Below are positions 39,176-49,426 of a stretch of DNA of 64,000 nucleotides, in pieces. Within the stretch, counting starts at the first letter, position 1, and each line of letters begins with the position of its first letter. Made by a program: the position numbers and the translations under genes. The stretch comes from Candidatus Omnitrophota bacterium (lineage in GTDB: Bacteria; Omnitrophota; Gorgyraeia; Zapsychrales; Fredricksoniimonadaceae). Under the pieces are notes generated by a model that worked only from the letters and a program-made list of their open reading frames with translations, had not been told where the DNA came from and searched no databases. The stretch spans positions 39,885 to 103,884 of the forward strand of contig CAIUQE010000037.1 of assembly GCA_903901225.1 (NCBI GenBank). The letters are read 5' to 3'.

Positions 39176-39454
39176 TTATTCCGCCTTTTTCTTCAGGACC
39201 AGAACAGCTTCTTTATCGAATTCCACGCGGACATTCTCATCCAGGCGCAGGACGACCGAAGTCTCCTTGATATTGACGACGATCCCGTGAATACCGCCGG
39301 ATGTGACCACCTCGTCATTCTTTTTCAGGTTCTTGACCATCTCCTGATGATCTTTCTGCTTTTTCTTCTCGGGACGGATCACAAGAAAATAAAATATCCC
39401 GAAAATAAGGACCATCGGGAGCAGTTGCATGATGAACGCAGGCTGTTGAGGCAT
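39176..39454 (-). CDS. yajC: preprotein translocase subunit YajC
   Basis: 92 aa, single TM, then VVTSGGIHGIVVNI motif. Confidence 0.85.
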   Translation of the reverse strand: MPQQPAFIMQLLPMVLIFGIFYFLVIRPEKKKQKDHQEMVKNLKKNDEVVTSGGIHGIVVNIKETSVVLRLDENVRVEFDKEAVLVLKKKAE

Positions 39455-39511
39455 AGAAGTATCCTTTCACGGCCTTATGCCGCCACAATGGCGACGGACC
39501 GGCTGTTGTAA

Positions 39512-39763
39512 TTACTTGGTTCTTTTTGTTTTATTGTAAAGGGTACGGACCGTGTCGGACATCTGAGCGCCGTTCTTGATCCATTTCTCGACCTTGGACG
39601 TGTCTATTTTGTAGACCGCCGGTTTCTTGGACGGATCGTAATGACCCACGATCTCCAGCACCCTGCTGTCACGGGCCTTGCACTTGCTGATGACCACGAT
39701 GCGCCAGTTGTAATTCTTCTGCGCCGGGGCCCCTGTCCTCTGCATTCTGATCTTGACTTCCAT
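39512..39763 (-). CDS. rpsP: 30S ribosomal protein S16
   Basis: MEVKIRMQRTG...RIVV...GAQMSDTVRTL matches bS16; start set at the Met after AGGAG (the ORF's 49-codon N-terminal extension looks non-coding). Confidence 0.85.
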   Translation of the reverse strand: MEVKIRMQRTGAPAQKNYNWRIVVISKCKARDSRVLEIVGHYDPSKKPAVYKIDTSKVEKWIKNGAQMSDTVRTLYNKTKRTK

Positions 39764-39794
39764 TGCTCCTGTTTCCTTTCTTCGTTCGCTTAAG

Positions 39795-41297
39795 TTAGCG
39801 CTGATGGGCCAGTTCGAGGGCCCTGATCTGCGCCTTTGCCTTGTTGACTGTTTCTTCATATTCACACGCCGGGTCGGAATCGGCCACAATGCCGGCCCCG
39901 GCCTGGACATATGCCTTATGCCCCTTGATCACAATGGTGCGTATTGTAATACAAGTATCCAGATCTTGCGAGAAACTTATGTAACCGACACATCCGCCAT
40001 AAGGGCCGCGCTTGACCGGCTCCAGTTCCTCAATGATCTCCATGGCGCGGATCTTGGGGGCGCCTGAAAGGGTTCCCGCCGGAAATGTCGCCTCCAGCGC
40101 CGCGATCGCGTCGTTCCCCGGCTTAAGGCGACCCTGCACATTGGAGACGATGTGCATGACATGAGAATATTTCTCAACGGACATAAAATCATTGACGTTA
40201 ACGGTCCCCTCCTGACAAACACGGCCGAGGTCATTACGCCCCAGGTCCACCAGCATCACATGTTCCGCGACCTCTTTCGGATCGGCCAGCAGTTCTTTTT
40301 CAAGGACCGCGTCTTCTTCAGGTGTCCTGCCGCGCGGACGGGTCCCCGCGATGGGGCGTGTTTCGACGAGACCTTTTTCGCAGCGCACCAGCAGTTCCGG
40401 CGAAGATCCGACAATGGAAAGGTCATCCATGTTCAGCAGATACATGTACGGCGATGGATTGAGAGATCTCAATGTCCGGTAAATATTTACAGGAGACGCC
40501 TTGATATCAACATCAAACCTTTGTGAAATGACCGCCTGGATGATCTCACCGGCCTTGATCTCTTCCTTGGCCCGTAAGACCATGTTCTCATAGGCCTTGC
40601 GCGTGCAGTTGGAATGGACGTTAATTTTCCCCGTGCGTGCCCGCCGGGACACCGGCGGCTTCAGCGGCTTGTCCATGTCAGCGACAAGGCGATCGATGCG
40701 CCGAAGCGCGTCCTGATACTTTTGAAGCAGCGCCGCGCGACTGTCTTTCGCCGATGTCTGAACGCAGGCCACCACTTTGATGGTGTGATGAAGATGGTCG
40801 AAGATCACCATGTCCTTGGTCATCATGAGCACCACATCGGGCAAATTCAGGTCATCGGGCCGGGTATCAGGGATCTTTTCAAAGAAACGGACCGCGTCAT
40901 AACTGAGGTAACCGACAAACCCGCCGCATGCCTGGGGCAAGCCCGGGATATTGACAAACTTCAAGCCTTCCATCATTTCCCTGACAAGGTCCAGGGGGCT
41001 GCGGTCAAACTTGCGTTTCTCGACCGTCTTCTTCCCGTTCAGGAACCGGATGATATCGGCCTGATGATGCTTGACCCGGATAACACATTCGGGGTCTCGG
41101 GCCAGAAAAGAATACCGTGCCAGCTTTTCCCCGCCTTCGACGGATTCCAGAAGAAAGGAATATTTCGAACGGGATGAAAGTTTTATATACGCGGCCACCG
41201 GCGTCTCAAGGTCGCCATAAATATCCCTGAATACAGGGACAAGGTTCCCCTGACGGGCATACGCAAGAAATTCCTTCTCCGTGACCTGTTTCATCAT
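39795..41297 (-). CDS. trpE: anthranilate synthase component I (feedback-regulatory LLESX10S motif present)
   Basis: [24 protein letters not shown] and [10 protein letters not shown] motifs of the chorismate-utilising TrpE/PabB family; 4-nt overlap with hisF; no trpG nearby. Confidence 0.75.
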   Translation of the reverse strand: MMKQVTEKEFLAYARQGNLVPVFRDIYGDLETPVAAYIKLSSRSKYSFLLESVEGGEKLARYSFLARDPECVIRVKHHQADIIRFLNGKKTVEKRKFDRSPLDLVREMMEGLKFVNIPGLPQACGGFVGYLSYDAVRFFEKIPDTRPDDLNLPDVVLMMTKDMVIFDHLHHTIKVVACVQTSAKDSRAALLQKYQDALRRIDRLVADMDKPLKPPVSRRARTGKINVHSNCTRKAYENMVLRAKEEIKAGEIIQAVISQRFDVDIKASPVNIYRTLRSLNPSPYMYLLNMDDLSIVGSSPELLVRCEKGLVETRPIAGTRPRGRTPEEDAVLEKELLADPKEVAEHVMLVDLGRNDLGRVCQEGTVNVNDFMSVEKYSHVMHIVSNVQGRLKPGNDAIAALEATFPAGTLSGAPKIRAMEIIEELEPVKRGPYGGCVGYISFSQDLDTCITIRTIVIKGHKAYVQAGAGIVADSDPACEYEETVNKAKAQIRALELAHQR

Positions 41298-42049
41298 GAA
41301 CGGACCTTCACGCCTGTGTCTTTGAGATGTTTTTTCACATCACCGATCTTGATCTCGCCGTAATGAAAAATTGACGCTGCCAGGCCCGCGTCCGCGCCGG
41401 TTTGAGCGAACAGATCGCTAAAATGCGCGCAACGGCCAGCCCCGCCGGACGCGATCACCGGGATATTGACGGCCGCCGCGACCGCCCTGGTCAGGGCAAT
41501 ATCAAAACCGTTCTTCGTCCCGTCCGCGTCCATGCTCGTCAAAAGTATCTCGCCGGCACCGAGCTTAAAAACTTCCAGGGCCCACGCCACGGCATCCTTA
41601 TCCGTTTCCCTGCGGCCGCCATGCGTGAACACTTTCCATCCAGCCTGTGTTTTCTTCGCGTCGATCGCGATAACGATACACTGGCTGCCAAAACGCGCGG
41701 CAGCCTCACGCACCAGCAAAGGATCATGCACCGCCGCTGAATTGATCGATATTTTATCAGCGCCGGCATTCAACAACGCGCGGATATCCTCAACGGAATT
41801 GATACCTCCCCCGACGGTCAAGGGCATGAATATCTGCTCGGCCGTGCGGCGAACCACATCAATGAACGTTTTTCTGCCCTCATGGCTGGCCGTGATATCC
41901 AGGAAAACAAGCTCATCAGCGCCTTCCCTGTCGTATATCCGGGCCGTCTCAACAGGATCACCCGCGTCACGCAGATCGACAAAATTAACGCCCTTGACAA
42001 CACGCCCGTCCTTGACGTCCAGGCAAGGAATGATACGCTTGGTCAACAT
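41294..42049 (-). CDS. hisF: imidazole glycerol phosphate synthase cyclase subunit
   Basis: [20 protein letters not shown]-terminus; full-length HisF. Confidence 0.9.
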   Translation of the reverse strand: MLTKRIIPCLDVKDGRVVKGVNFVDLRDAGDPVETARIYDREGADELVFLDITASHEGRKTFIDVVRRTAEQIFMPLTVGGGINSVEDIRALLNAGADKISINSAAVHDPLLVREAAARFGSQCIVIAIDAKKTQAGWKVFTHGGRRETDKDAVAWALEVFKLGAGEILLTSMDADGTKNGFDIALTRAVAAAVNIPVIASGGAGRCAHFSDLFAQTGADAGLAASIFHYGEIKIGDVKKHLKDTGVKVRS

Positions 42050-42762
42050 ACCCCGGCCGCTTCCTTCAGATCCAGCGTGCCTTCATAAATCGCCTTGCCG
42101 ACAATAACGCCATAAAGATCGCTCCTTTTCAGCGCGGCAAGGGCCCTGATGTCGCCCAGGTCCTTAACACCGCCCGAAGCGATGACGCGCGCCTCGCCCA
42201 CATTGAGCATTTCTTTCAGTCCTTCAATATTTGGACCGATCAAAGTCCCGTCGCGGGGAATGTCAGTATAAATTATATATTTGAGCCCCATCGCGACAAA
42301 ATCACGGGCAAGATCAACCCCCTTGACAGCGGACAATTCCACCCATCCGCGTCGAGCGACGAAACCATTCCAGCAATCAAGGCTCACCGCAATACGGTCA
42401 TTCCACGTCAACAGGGCCTCGCGCAGGAAAGAAGGCTCATCCACCACTTTGGTGCCAAGGATAACCCTGGTGACACCCGCCTGAAGATAATCATTGATCA
42501 CCTCATGCGTGCGAATACCTCCGCCCACCTCAACGGGGATCTTGATCTCTTTCACGATCTTTTTGATGACACTTTCATTAACGCGGCTTCCCGATTCGGC
42601 CCCGTCGAGGTCAACAACATGCAGGTCGGTCGCGCCTTCCCCCTGCCAATGCCGCGCCATTTCAACAGGATCAGAGCCGTATTCCGTGACTTTATCGAAC
42701 CGGCCCTTGAACAGGCGCACCACCTTGCCATTCTTGATGTCGATCGCCGGGATTATCCGCAT
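42043..42762 (-). CDS. hisA: 1-(5-phosphoribosyl)-5-[(5-phosphoribosylamino)methylideneamino]imidazole-4-carboxamide isomerase
   Basis: [17 protein letters not shown]; start moved to an internal Met to avoid a 79-nt overlap with hisH. Confidence 0.85.
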   Translation of the reverse strand: MRIIPAIDIKNGKVVRLFKGRFDKVTEYGSDPVEMARHWQGEGATDLHVVDLDGAESGSRVNESVIKKIVKEIKIPVEVGGGIRTHEVINDYLQAGVTRVILGTKVVDEPSFLREALLTWNDRIAVSLDCWNGFVARRGWVELSAVKGVDLARDFVAMGLKYIIYTDIPRDGTLIGPNIEGLKEMLNVGEARVIASGGVKDLGDIRALAALKRSDLYGVIVGKAIYEGTLDLKEAAGVC

Positions 42763-43358
42763 ACCACAAAATTCTCCAGTATTTTCAAGCCGACCTCCTG
42801 GCTCTTTTCCGGATGGAACTGAACCCCCCATACATTACCCTGACAGACGGAAGATGTATAGGGAAAACCGTAATCTGTGAATGTGGCGATGGCCTGAAGA
42901 TCATCGGGCTTGGCATAATAGGAGTGGGCAAAATACACAAAGGCCCCTTCCCCGACATCTTTGTACATCCTGCAATCTTTCTGAACAATGCGCAACTGAT
43001 TCCAGCCCATCTGGGGAACTTTGACCGAATCAGGAAAACGTTCGACGGTCCCGCGAAGGATACCAAGCCCCTTAACATCGCCGCCTTCCCGGCTCAAATC
43101 AAATAAAAGCTGGAAGCCGAGGCAAATACCCAGAAAAGGCCTGCCGCCGGCGACGAAAGACTTGATCGCGTCAACGAACCGTAATTCCTCAAGTTTCTCC
43201 ATGGCGGGTTTCATCGCGCCAACACCCGGAAGGACCAGTTTGTCGACCCCTTCCAGATCTTGCAAACGCGTCACAATGCGCGTCGCAGCGCCGACGTTCT
43301 CCATGGCTTTCTGGACGCTGCGCAGGTTTCCCATGCCGTAATCAATGATGCCGATCAT
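42753..43358 (-). CDS. hisH: imidazole glycerol phosphate synthase glutaminase subunit
   Basis: MIGIIDYGMGNLRSV, GICLGFQLL and HSYY motifs of class I GATase HisH. Confidence 0.9.
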   Translation of the reverse strand: MIGIIDYGMGNLRSVQKAMENVGAATRIVTRLQDLEGVDKLVLPGVGAMKPAMEKLEELRFVDAIKSFVAGGRPFLGICLGFQLLFDLSREGGDVKGLGILRGTVERFPDSVKVPQMGWNQLRIVQKDCRMYKDVGEGAFVYFAHSYYAKPDDLQAIATFTDYGFPYTSSVCQGNVWGVQFHPEKSQEVGLKILENFVVCG

Positions 43359-43975
43359 CAGTCAATGATCCCTTTGGTTGACGGAACGATCCCCTCGCGG
43401 CGCGGGTCGATCTGCGTCGCCTGGTCCAACGCAAGACCCAGTGCTTTGAAGACCGCCTCAACATTGGTATGGACATCATCTGAAGCGTTCTGGATGGTAA
43501 CGCTGAGCGTCGCGCCCAGCGCGTGCGCGAATGATTCCAGGAAATGTTCAAGGTACGTGAGGGAATATTCGTCCTTGTTCTTGATCTGGAGGATCTTGTC
43601 ATCCTCGACATTAAGTTTGAAAAAACCGCGGCCGCTGATATCAATGATCACGCGCGCGAGGGTCGCTTCCATGGGCGCCCCGGCACAACCAAAGCGGCGT
43701 ATGCCCGCCTTATCGGCAAGAGCCTGCTTGAACGCCTTGCCCAGGACGATCCCTATATCTTCGTTCGTATGATGAATGTCGATCTGCGTGTCCGACTTCA
43801 GCACATCGAGCTCGATATCAAAAAGGCCATGGAACGCGAATAATTCGATCATATGGTCAAGGAACCCGATGCCGGTCTTGATGTCCGTACGGTCGCCGCG
43901 GCCATCAACGTCCAATATCAGCTTGATATGCGTCTCTTTGCTCTTGCGTTCGATCGTGGCTTTCCTGGTCGCCAT
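43358..43975 (-). CDS. hisB: imidazoleglycerol-phosphate dehydratase
   Basis: 205 aa; metal-binding His/Glu repeats (HHTNEDIGI..., HALGAT...). Confidence 0.9.
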   Translation of the reverse strand: MATRKATIERKSKETHIKLILDVDGRGDRTDIKTGIGFLDHMIELFAFHGLFDIELDVLKSDTQIDIHHTNEDIGIVLGKAFKQALADKAGIRRFGCAGAPMEATLARVIIDISGRGFFKLNVEDDKILQIKNKDEYSLTYLEHFLESFAHALGATLSVTIQNASDDVHTNVEAVFKALGLALDQATQIDPRREGIVPSTKGIID

Positions 43976-43986
43976 AAGGCCTCCTG

Positions 43987-45210
43987 CTATTTAAACCTGA
44001 CGTTCACTGATTCCGCGTGTTTGACAAGGCCTTCGGTAAGCGCCACCCGCTCAAGCGGTTCCCGCACTTTTTCAAGGGCCTTCTTCGAATACGCGATAAT
44101 ATGGCTTGTTTTCATAAAACTTGAAATGCTCAACCCTGAAGCGAACTTCGCGGTCCCCAGCGTCGGGAGGACATGGCTGGGCCCCGCGATATAATCCCCG
44201 AGCGGTGTCGGGCTGTACGGCCCCAGGAAAATCGCTCCCGCGTGCCTTATCATCCGGGCCACGCGCACGGGGTCGCTCGTCAGGATCTGCAAGTGCTCCG
44301 GCGCGATGCGATTCGCGATATCGGCGGCTTCTTCCATGTTCTTGGCGTAAATGACAAAACCACCCTGCACCCGGCCCTTTACCTGACGGATCAGTTGCTT
44401 GGATGTCGAAATCAGGATCGAAAGCCCCCCTGCGTGCTCAAGCTGGGATTCAAAATCAGCCACCACAAAATCCGGGTCACTGTAACGATTGGCGATGATA
44501 ACAAGTTCCGTCGGGCCCGCCAGCATGTCAATGTCCACATAACCGAAAAGCTGGCGTTTGGCTTCCGTCACATACGCGTTGCCAGGGCCAACGATCTTGT
44601 CGACACGGGGGACCGTCTTCGTCCCCAGCGCCAACGCGGCAATGGCCTGCGCGCCGCCGATCTTGTAAACCTCGTTGACATTCAACAGATTAGCCACGGC
44701 GAGAATATGCGGATTGACATGCCCGTCTTTTCCTGGTGGCGTCACAATGACGATACGCTTGACCCCGGCGATCTTGGCCGGGATAACGGTCATGTAAACA
44801 GAGGAAACCAAAGGCGCTGTCCCGGCGGGAATATAGACGCCGACAATATCAATGGGACGGAATTCCTCCTTAAGGACAACGCCATCCTCACTCTTGACGG
44901 AACAGGGCTTCTTGACCTGACTGCGATAAAAGGTCGTCACATTATGGATGATCAGTTTGAGCGTGGATACAAACTCAGGTTTAATGTTCTGAAACGCCCC
45001 GCTGATCTCGCTTTCCGCCACACGCAGGTCCTTGGCCGCGACCTGGACCTTGTCAAAACGACGGGTGTACTTGAGGACCGCCTCATCGCCTGATGTCCTG
45101 ACATCTTCAATGATCCGCGCGACTTTCTCGACCGTGCTTTTACGGCGATAATACATATTGCGGTCGTAAAGCTGCTGAATGTTCTTACTGTGCAATTTTA
45201 TGGATCTCAT
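43987..45210 (-). CDS. hisD: histidinol dehydrogenase
   Basis: Full-length HisD similarity; terminates with TAG, showing TAG is a functional stop here. Confidence 0.9.
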   Translation of the reverse strand: MRSIKLHSKNIQQLYDRNMYYRRKSTVEKVARIIEDVRTSGDEAVLKYTRRFDKVQVAAKDLRVAESEISGAFQNIKPEFVSTLKLIIHNVTTFYRSQVKKPCSVKSEDGVVLKEEFRPIDIVGVYIPAGTAPLVSSVYMTVIPAKIAGVKRIVIVTPPGKDGHVNPHILAVANLLNVNEVYKIGGAQAIAALALGTKTVPRVDKIVGPGNAYVTEAKRQLFGYVDIDMLAGPTELVIIANRYSDPDFVVADFESQLEHAGGLSILISTSKQLIRQVKGRVQGGFVIYAKNMEEAADIANRIAPEHLQILTSDPVRVARMIRHAGAIFLGPYSPTPLGDYIAGPSHVLPTLGTAKFASGLSISSFMKTSHIIAYSKKALEKVREPLERVALTEGLVKHAESVNVRFK

Positions 45211-45211
45211 T

Positions 45212-47839
45212 TCAGATCAATCCTTTCACAAGCCTCACCGCCATATCAACAGCGTCGGCAAGCTTCCCGGGCTCTTTCCCGCCGGCCTGGGCCATATTGG
45301 GCCTTCCGCCGCCCGAACCTCCCATGAGCGGTGCCGCTTTCTGGACAAGCTCGCCCGCTTTGATATTCCTGGCGACCAGATCATCGGTGACGGTCACAAG
45401 AAGGGCCGCCTCATCATTGACCGCCCCAAGGACATGCACCGATGACGGGCATTTTTGTTTGATGATATCCGATACGCGCCGGAGCGTCTCCATGTCGACA
45501 TCTTTGAAAATATGATGGACAATGACAGCGCCCTTGACAGTTTCCGCCCGCGCCAGAATATCATCAAGCCCTGCCTTGATGACATTGAAATTAAGGTCAC
45601 TGACCTTTTTCTGAAGGTCTTTCAGTCGTTTGGACTGAAGCTCGACCTTGACAGCAACATCTTCAGGCGTGGTCTTAAGCAGGGCCGCTGCCTTATCAAG
45701 GACATGATCCCTGCCACGGACGGCATCGATCGCCCCCGTTCCGGTGACAGCCTCGATACGGCGGATACCCTGCGCCACCGCTCCTTCGGAAATCACCCTG
45801 AATAAACCTGCCTGGCCCGTGCAATCCAAATGGGTCCCACCGCAAAATTCACGCGAATGATCGCCCGCGCTGACCACCCGTACCGTCGTCCCGTATTTCT
45901 CGGCGAAGAACGCGAGCGCCCCGCTGGTACTGGCCTCTTCCAGTGACATTTCCTTTTTCACGACAGGATCACTGCGGCGGATAAACGCGTTCACCATGTC
46001 CTCGATCTTCTCGATCTCACCTTTGGTGACAGCTTTGGGATGGATGAAATCGAACCGCAAGCGGTCGCTGTCAACCAGGGAACCCTGTTGTTTGACATGC
46101 TCACCCAGGACCGCGCGAAGGGCCGCCTGCAACAAATGCGTGGCCGTATGGTTACGCGCCACGGACATCCTCCGTTCACCGTCGATCGACGCACTGACCT
46201 GCTCGCCGCGGCGCAAAACTCCCCGTGTCACCGTACCTTTATGCGTATAAACATCCGTTAATTTCTGCGTGTCAGTTACCTGCACGCTGACAAGCTGTGT
46301 GCCAATGATCCCGGTATCCGCGCATTGCCCGCCCTGGGCCGCGTAAAAAGGCGTCTTGTCAAGGATGACCGTGACAATATCACCGGGTTTTGCCTCTTCC
46401 GCAACACCTCCATTGACAAACAATTTCAAGACGACGGCATCAGCCACCGGCTGGTCATACCCGACGAACACAGTTTTGGGCAGATCCATTATATCAACCT
46501 CTCCCGACAAAAAAACATCGCCCTGCATCTTGCTCGACGCGCGGGACCGGTCTTTCTGCTGGGCCATCAATGTTTCCGCATGAAGCCCGGCCTGGGTGAG
46601 AATAGCATCACCAAAAACCTCTTTGACCTTGGACTGGATCAATGCCAGCGGGAGTCCGTAGGTGTCACGGTAGCGGAACATCAATTCACCCACCGGCTGA
46701 GCTTCAGGCTTCGTCCGCGCGAGTTCCGCGACGAATTCAGGAACTTTCTGAGCGTTCAATTTAATGACAGATTCTTCCACGCGTTTGACCGCCGCTTCGA
46801 TCTCTGACTGCTTCCCGAGAAGTTCCGGATAAGCATCTTTCATAACGCTAATAACAACAGGGATGAGCGTGTGCCCAAGAGGTTTCGTGATACCGGCCTG
46901 AAGGAGGATGTTGGACATATCCACGATAAGCTTGCGCATCACATACCCGCGGCCCTCGTTTGAAGGGACAACACCGTCGGCAAGGCCAAAAGTTACCGCG
47001 CGCGCATGGTCCGCGATCACGCGGGTCTCCTTCAAGGATATCTTGCCGCCCTCCGCGGCCACAGACCGGGTCACGGCCTGGGTAAGGGGCACAAAAAGGT
47101 CGGTCTCAAAATTGTTGTGCTTGCCCTGCATGACCGCGGTCAGCCGCTCCAGGCCCATCCCCGTATCAATATTACGCGCCGGTAAAGGTTCGAGCACGCC
47201 GCCATCCTTGCGGTTGTACTGCGTGAACACAAGGTTCCAGACTTCGCAGAAACGGCCGCAACTGCAATCCGGATCACAATGGGGGTTCTTGCAACCCGCG
47301 ACACCCCAGTCAAAGAATATCTCCGAACAGGGGCCGCAGGGGCCATTGGGCCCGTTCAGGCGCGCGTTTGAGGGCCAAAAGTTGGACTTGTCGCCGAGTT
47401 TTACGATACGCGCTGCCGGGACCTTGATCTCATTAAGCCATATGGCATACGCTTCCTCATCATCCTTATTGACGGAAACCCACAATTTTTCCGCCGGGAT
47501 ACCCATGACTTTGGTCAGGAATTCCCAACCCCAGGCAATGGCCTCGGCCTTGAAATAATCCCCGAAAGAGAAATTCCCGAGCATCTCGAACATGGTGTGA
47601 TGAAAGTCCGTGACACCGACCTCGGTCAGGTCATCCGTCCGCAAGCATTTCTGCGATGTGGTGGCCCGCCTGAAATCCGTGACATGCCCCATGAACTGCA
47701 GCTTGAACTGCTGCATGCCGGCCGTCGTGAACAACACGGTCGGGTCATCCTTGGGGACCAGTGAATCACTTGAAATGACCTTATGGCCTTTGGACCTGAA
47801 GAATTCAAGGTATTTGGCGCGGATCTCGTGGCCTGTCAT
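45212..47839 (-). CDS. alaS: alanine--tRNA ligase
   Basis: 875 aa; class II aaRS core plus editing domain; 1-nt gap to hisD. Confidence 0.95.
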   Translation of the reverse strand: MTGHEIRAKYLEFFRSKGHKVISSDSLVPKDDPTVLFTTAGMQQFKLQFMGHVTDFRRATTSQKCLRTDDLTEVGVTDFHHTMFEMLGNFSFGDYFKAEAIAWGWEFLTKVMGIPAEKLWVSVNKDDEEAYAIWLNEIKVPAARIVKLGDKSNFWPSNARLNGPNGPCGPCSEIFFDWGVAGCKNPHCDPDCSCGRFCEVWNLVFTQYNRKDGGVLEPLPARNIDTGMGLERLTAVMQGKHNNFETDLFVPLTQAVTRSVAAEGGKISLKETRVIADHARAVTFGLADGVVPSNEGRGYVMRKLIVDMSNILLQAGITKPLGHTLIPVVISVMKDAYPELLGKQSEIEAAVKRVEESVIKLNAQKVPEFVAELARTKPEAQPVGELMFRYRDTYGLPLALIQSKVKEVFGDAILTQAGLHAETLMAQQKDRSRASSKMQGDVFLSGEVDIMDLPKTVFVGYDQPVADAVVLKLFVNGGVAEEAKPGDIVTVILDKTPFYAAQGGQCADTGIIGTQLVSVQVTDTQKLTDVYTHKGTVTRGVLRRGEQVSASIDGERRMSVARNHTATHLLQAALRAVLGEHVKQQGSLVDSDRLRFDFIHPKAVTKGEIEKIEDMVNAFIRRSDPVVKKEMSLEEASTSGALAFFAEKYGTTVRVVSAGDHSREFCGGTHLDCTGQAGLFRVISEGAVAQGIRRIEAVTGTGAIDAVRGRDHVLDKAAALLKTTPEDVAVKVELQSKRLKDLQKKVSDLNFNVIKAGLDDILARAETVKGAVIVHHIFKDVDMETLRRVSDIIKQKCPSSVHVLGAVNDEAALLVTVTDDLVARNIKAGELVQKAAPLMGGSGGGRPNMAQAGGKEPGKLADAVDMAVRLVKGLI

Positions 47840-48306
47840 ATTTTACTGATCACTTTCATGATAATGCCCATATTAAACCCCCTGCGCGCGAGATAATCCA
47901 TCAAACGTCTCTTGCGTTTTAGAGGATCAACATCACGATACTTCCCGGCTCTTTTTTCGGCGAGCCGGCGGACCATTTCAACTTCATCAACACTTTCCAT
48001 GGCCTGCCGGCACGCGGCATCGATCAACTCTTTGGGGACACCCTTGTCCGCCAGTTCAAGCGCTATCCGCCGCAAACCCATGGGTTTGTTCAACCGGTAT
48101 TGGATCCACGCCCTGGCGAACGCGACATCATCCAGAAAACCAGCCCCGGTCAGATCCTGAATGATACCCGCAACCATGCCAGACTCATAACCTTTATCCA
48201 GCATTTTACGGCGTAGCTCATCCGAACTTCTTGGCCTAAATTTTAAAAGGCGAAGGGCGTAACCCTTCGCCTTTTTTAGCTCTGTTTTTCCCGTTGAGCC
48301 ATCCAT
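47836..48306 (-). CDS. recX: regulatory protein RecX
   Basis: 156 aa helical repeat protein directly downstream of recA (conserved recA-recX-alaS order). Confidence 0.75.
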   Translation of the reverse strand: MDGSTGKTELKKAKGYALRLLKFRPRSSDELRRKMLDKGYESGMVAGIIQDLTGAGFLDDVAFARAWIQYRLNKPMGLRRIALELADKGVPKELIDAACRQAMESVDEVEMVRRLAEKRAGKYRDVDPLKRKRRLMDYLARRGFNMGIIMKVISKI

Positions 48307-48313
48307 CCCCGAA

Positions 48314-49369
48314 CTACTCGCTTTTTTTTGGCGGAACGGGCACTATCTTTGACTTCTCAATGACCAGTTTTTCTATCTTTTGGGCCACTTTGGGATTGTC
48401 CTGTAAGAACTTACGGACATTGTCCCTGCCCTGCCCGATGCGTTCGCCTTCAAAAGCGAACCACGCGCCTGACTTATCAATGACATTGTACCTGATACCC
48501 GTATCCATCAGGTCGCTCGCCGCCGATATCCCCTCGTCAAAATGGATCTCGAATTCAGCTTCCTTGAACGGGGCCGCCACCTTGTTTTTGACGATCTTGG
48601 CCCTGACACGGTTGCCGATCACCTCATCGCCCCTCTTCAATGTTTCAATGCGGCGAAGGTCGATGCGCACCGACGAGTAGAACTTGAGGGCATTGCCGCC
48701 GGTGGTGGTCTCGGGATTGCCGAACATGACGCCTATCTTCATGCGGATCTGGTTGATGAAAATAAGGCATGTGTTGGACTTGCTGGTCACCGCCGTGAGC
48801 TTCCTCAGCGCCTGGGACATCAACCGGGCGTGCAACCCCATATGGCTGTCACCCATATCGCCCTCGATCTCGGCTTTAGGGGTCAACGCGGCCACGGAAT
48901 CAATGATCACAAGGTCAACGGCGCTGGAGCGCACCAGTGTTTCCGCGATCTCTAGCGCCTGCTCTCCCGTATCCGGCTGTGAAACAAGCAGGTCTTCCAG
49001 TTTCACGCCGATCTTGGCCGCGTACGAAGCGTCAAAGGCATGCTCCGCGTCAATGAACGCCGCCACCCCGCCCTTCTTCTGGATCTGGCGGATAATGCTC
49101 AGCGTCAATGTGGTTTTCCCTGAAGATTCAGGGCCATAGATCTCCACAACCCTGCCGCGCGGGATACCGCCGATGCCCAGCGCGATATCAAGGCCGATCG
49201 ATCCCGTGGGGATCGCGTCCACATCCACGCGGGCCTGCCCGTCCAGCTTCATGATGGACCCCTTCCCGAACTGCTTCTCGATCTGCGTCAGGGCAAGATC
49301 AAGCGCTTTCTTGCGATTCTCGATGTCCGCGGGTGTCACTTTCTTCACTTCGCTCATACATACCTCCAC
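48314..49369 (-). CDS. recA: recombinase RecA
   Basis: [15 protein letters not shown] Walker A and full-length RecA similarity; true start may be the Met 4 codons in (MSEVKK...). Confidence 0.95.
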   Translation of the reverse strand: MEVCMSEVKKVTPADIENRKKALDLALTQIEKQFGKGSIMKLDGQARVDVDAIPTGSIGLDIALGIGGIPRGRVVEIYGPESSGKTTLTLSIIRQIQKKGGVAAFIDAEHAFDASYAAKIGVKLEDLLVSQPDTGEQALEIAETLVRSSAVDLVIIDSVAALTPKAEIEGDMGDSHMGLHARLMSQALRKLTAVTSKSNTCLIFINQIRMKIGVMFGNPETTTGGNALKFYSSVRIDLRRIETLKRGDEVIGNRVRAKIVKNKVAAPFKEAEFEIHFDEGISAASDLMDTGIRYNVIDKSGAWFAFEGERIGQGRDNVRKFLQDNPKVAQKIEKLVIEKSKIVPVPPKKSE

Positions 49370-49426
49370 TACTGATAATAATTAATAAGAAGGGGTGGAT
49401 GATTATACAAAAGAGGTGCCTGATTG

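Noticed and set aside
39764-39910. 49-codon N-terminal extension of the rpsP ORF ([12 protein letters not shown]...)
   Set aside because: bS16 universally starts with the MxVKIRL-like motif. An AGGAG RBS precedes the internal Met, and the extension is Arg/Pro-rich with no homology.
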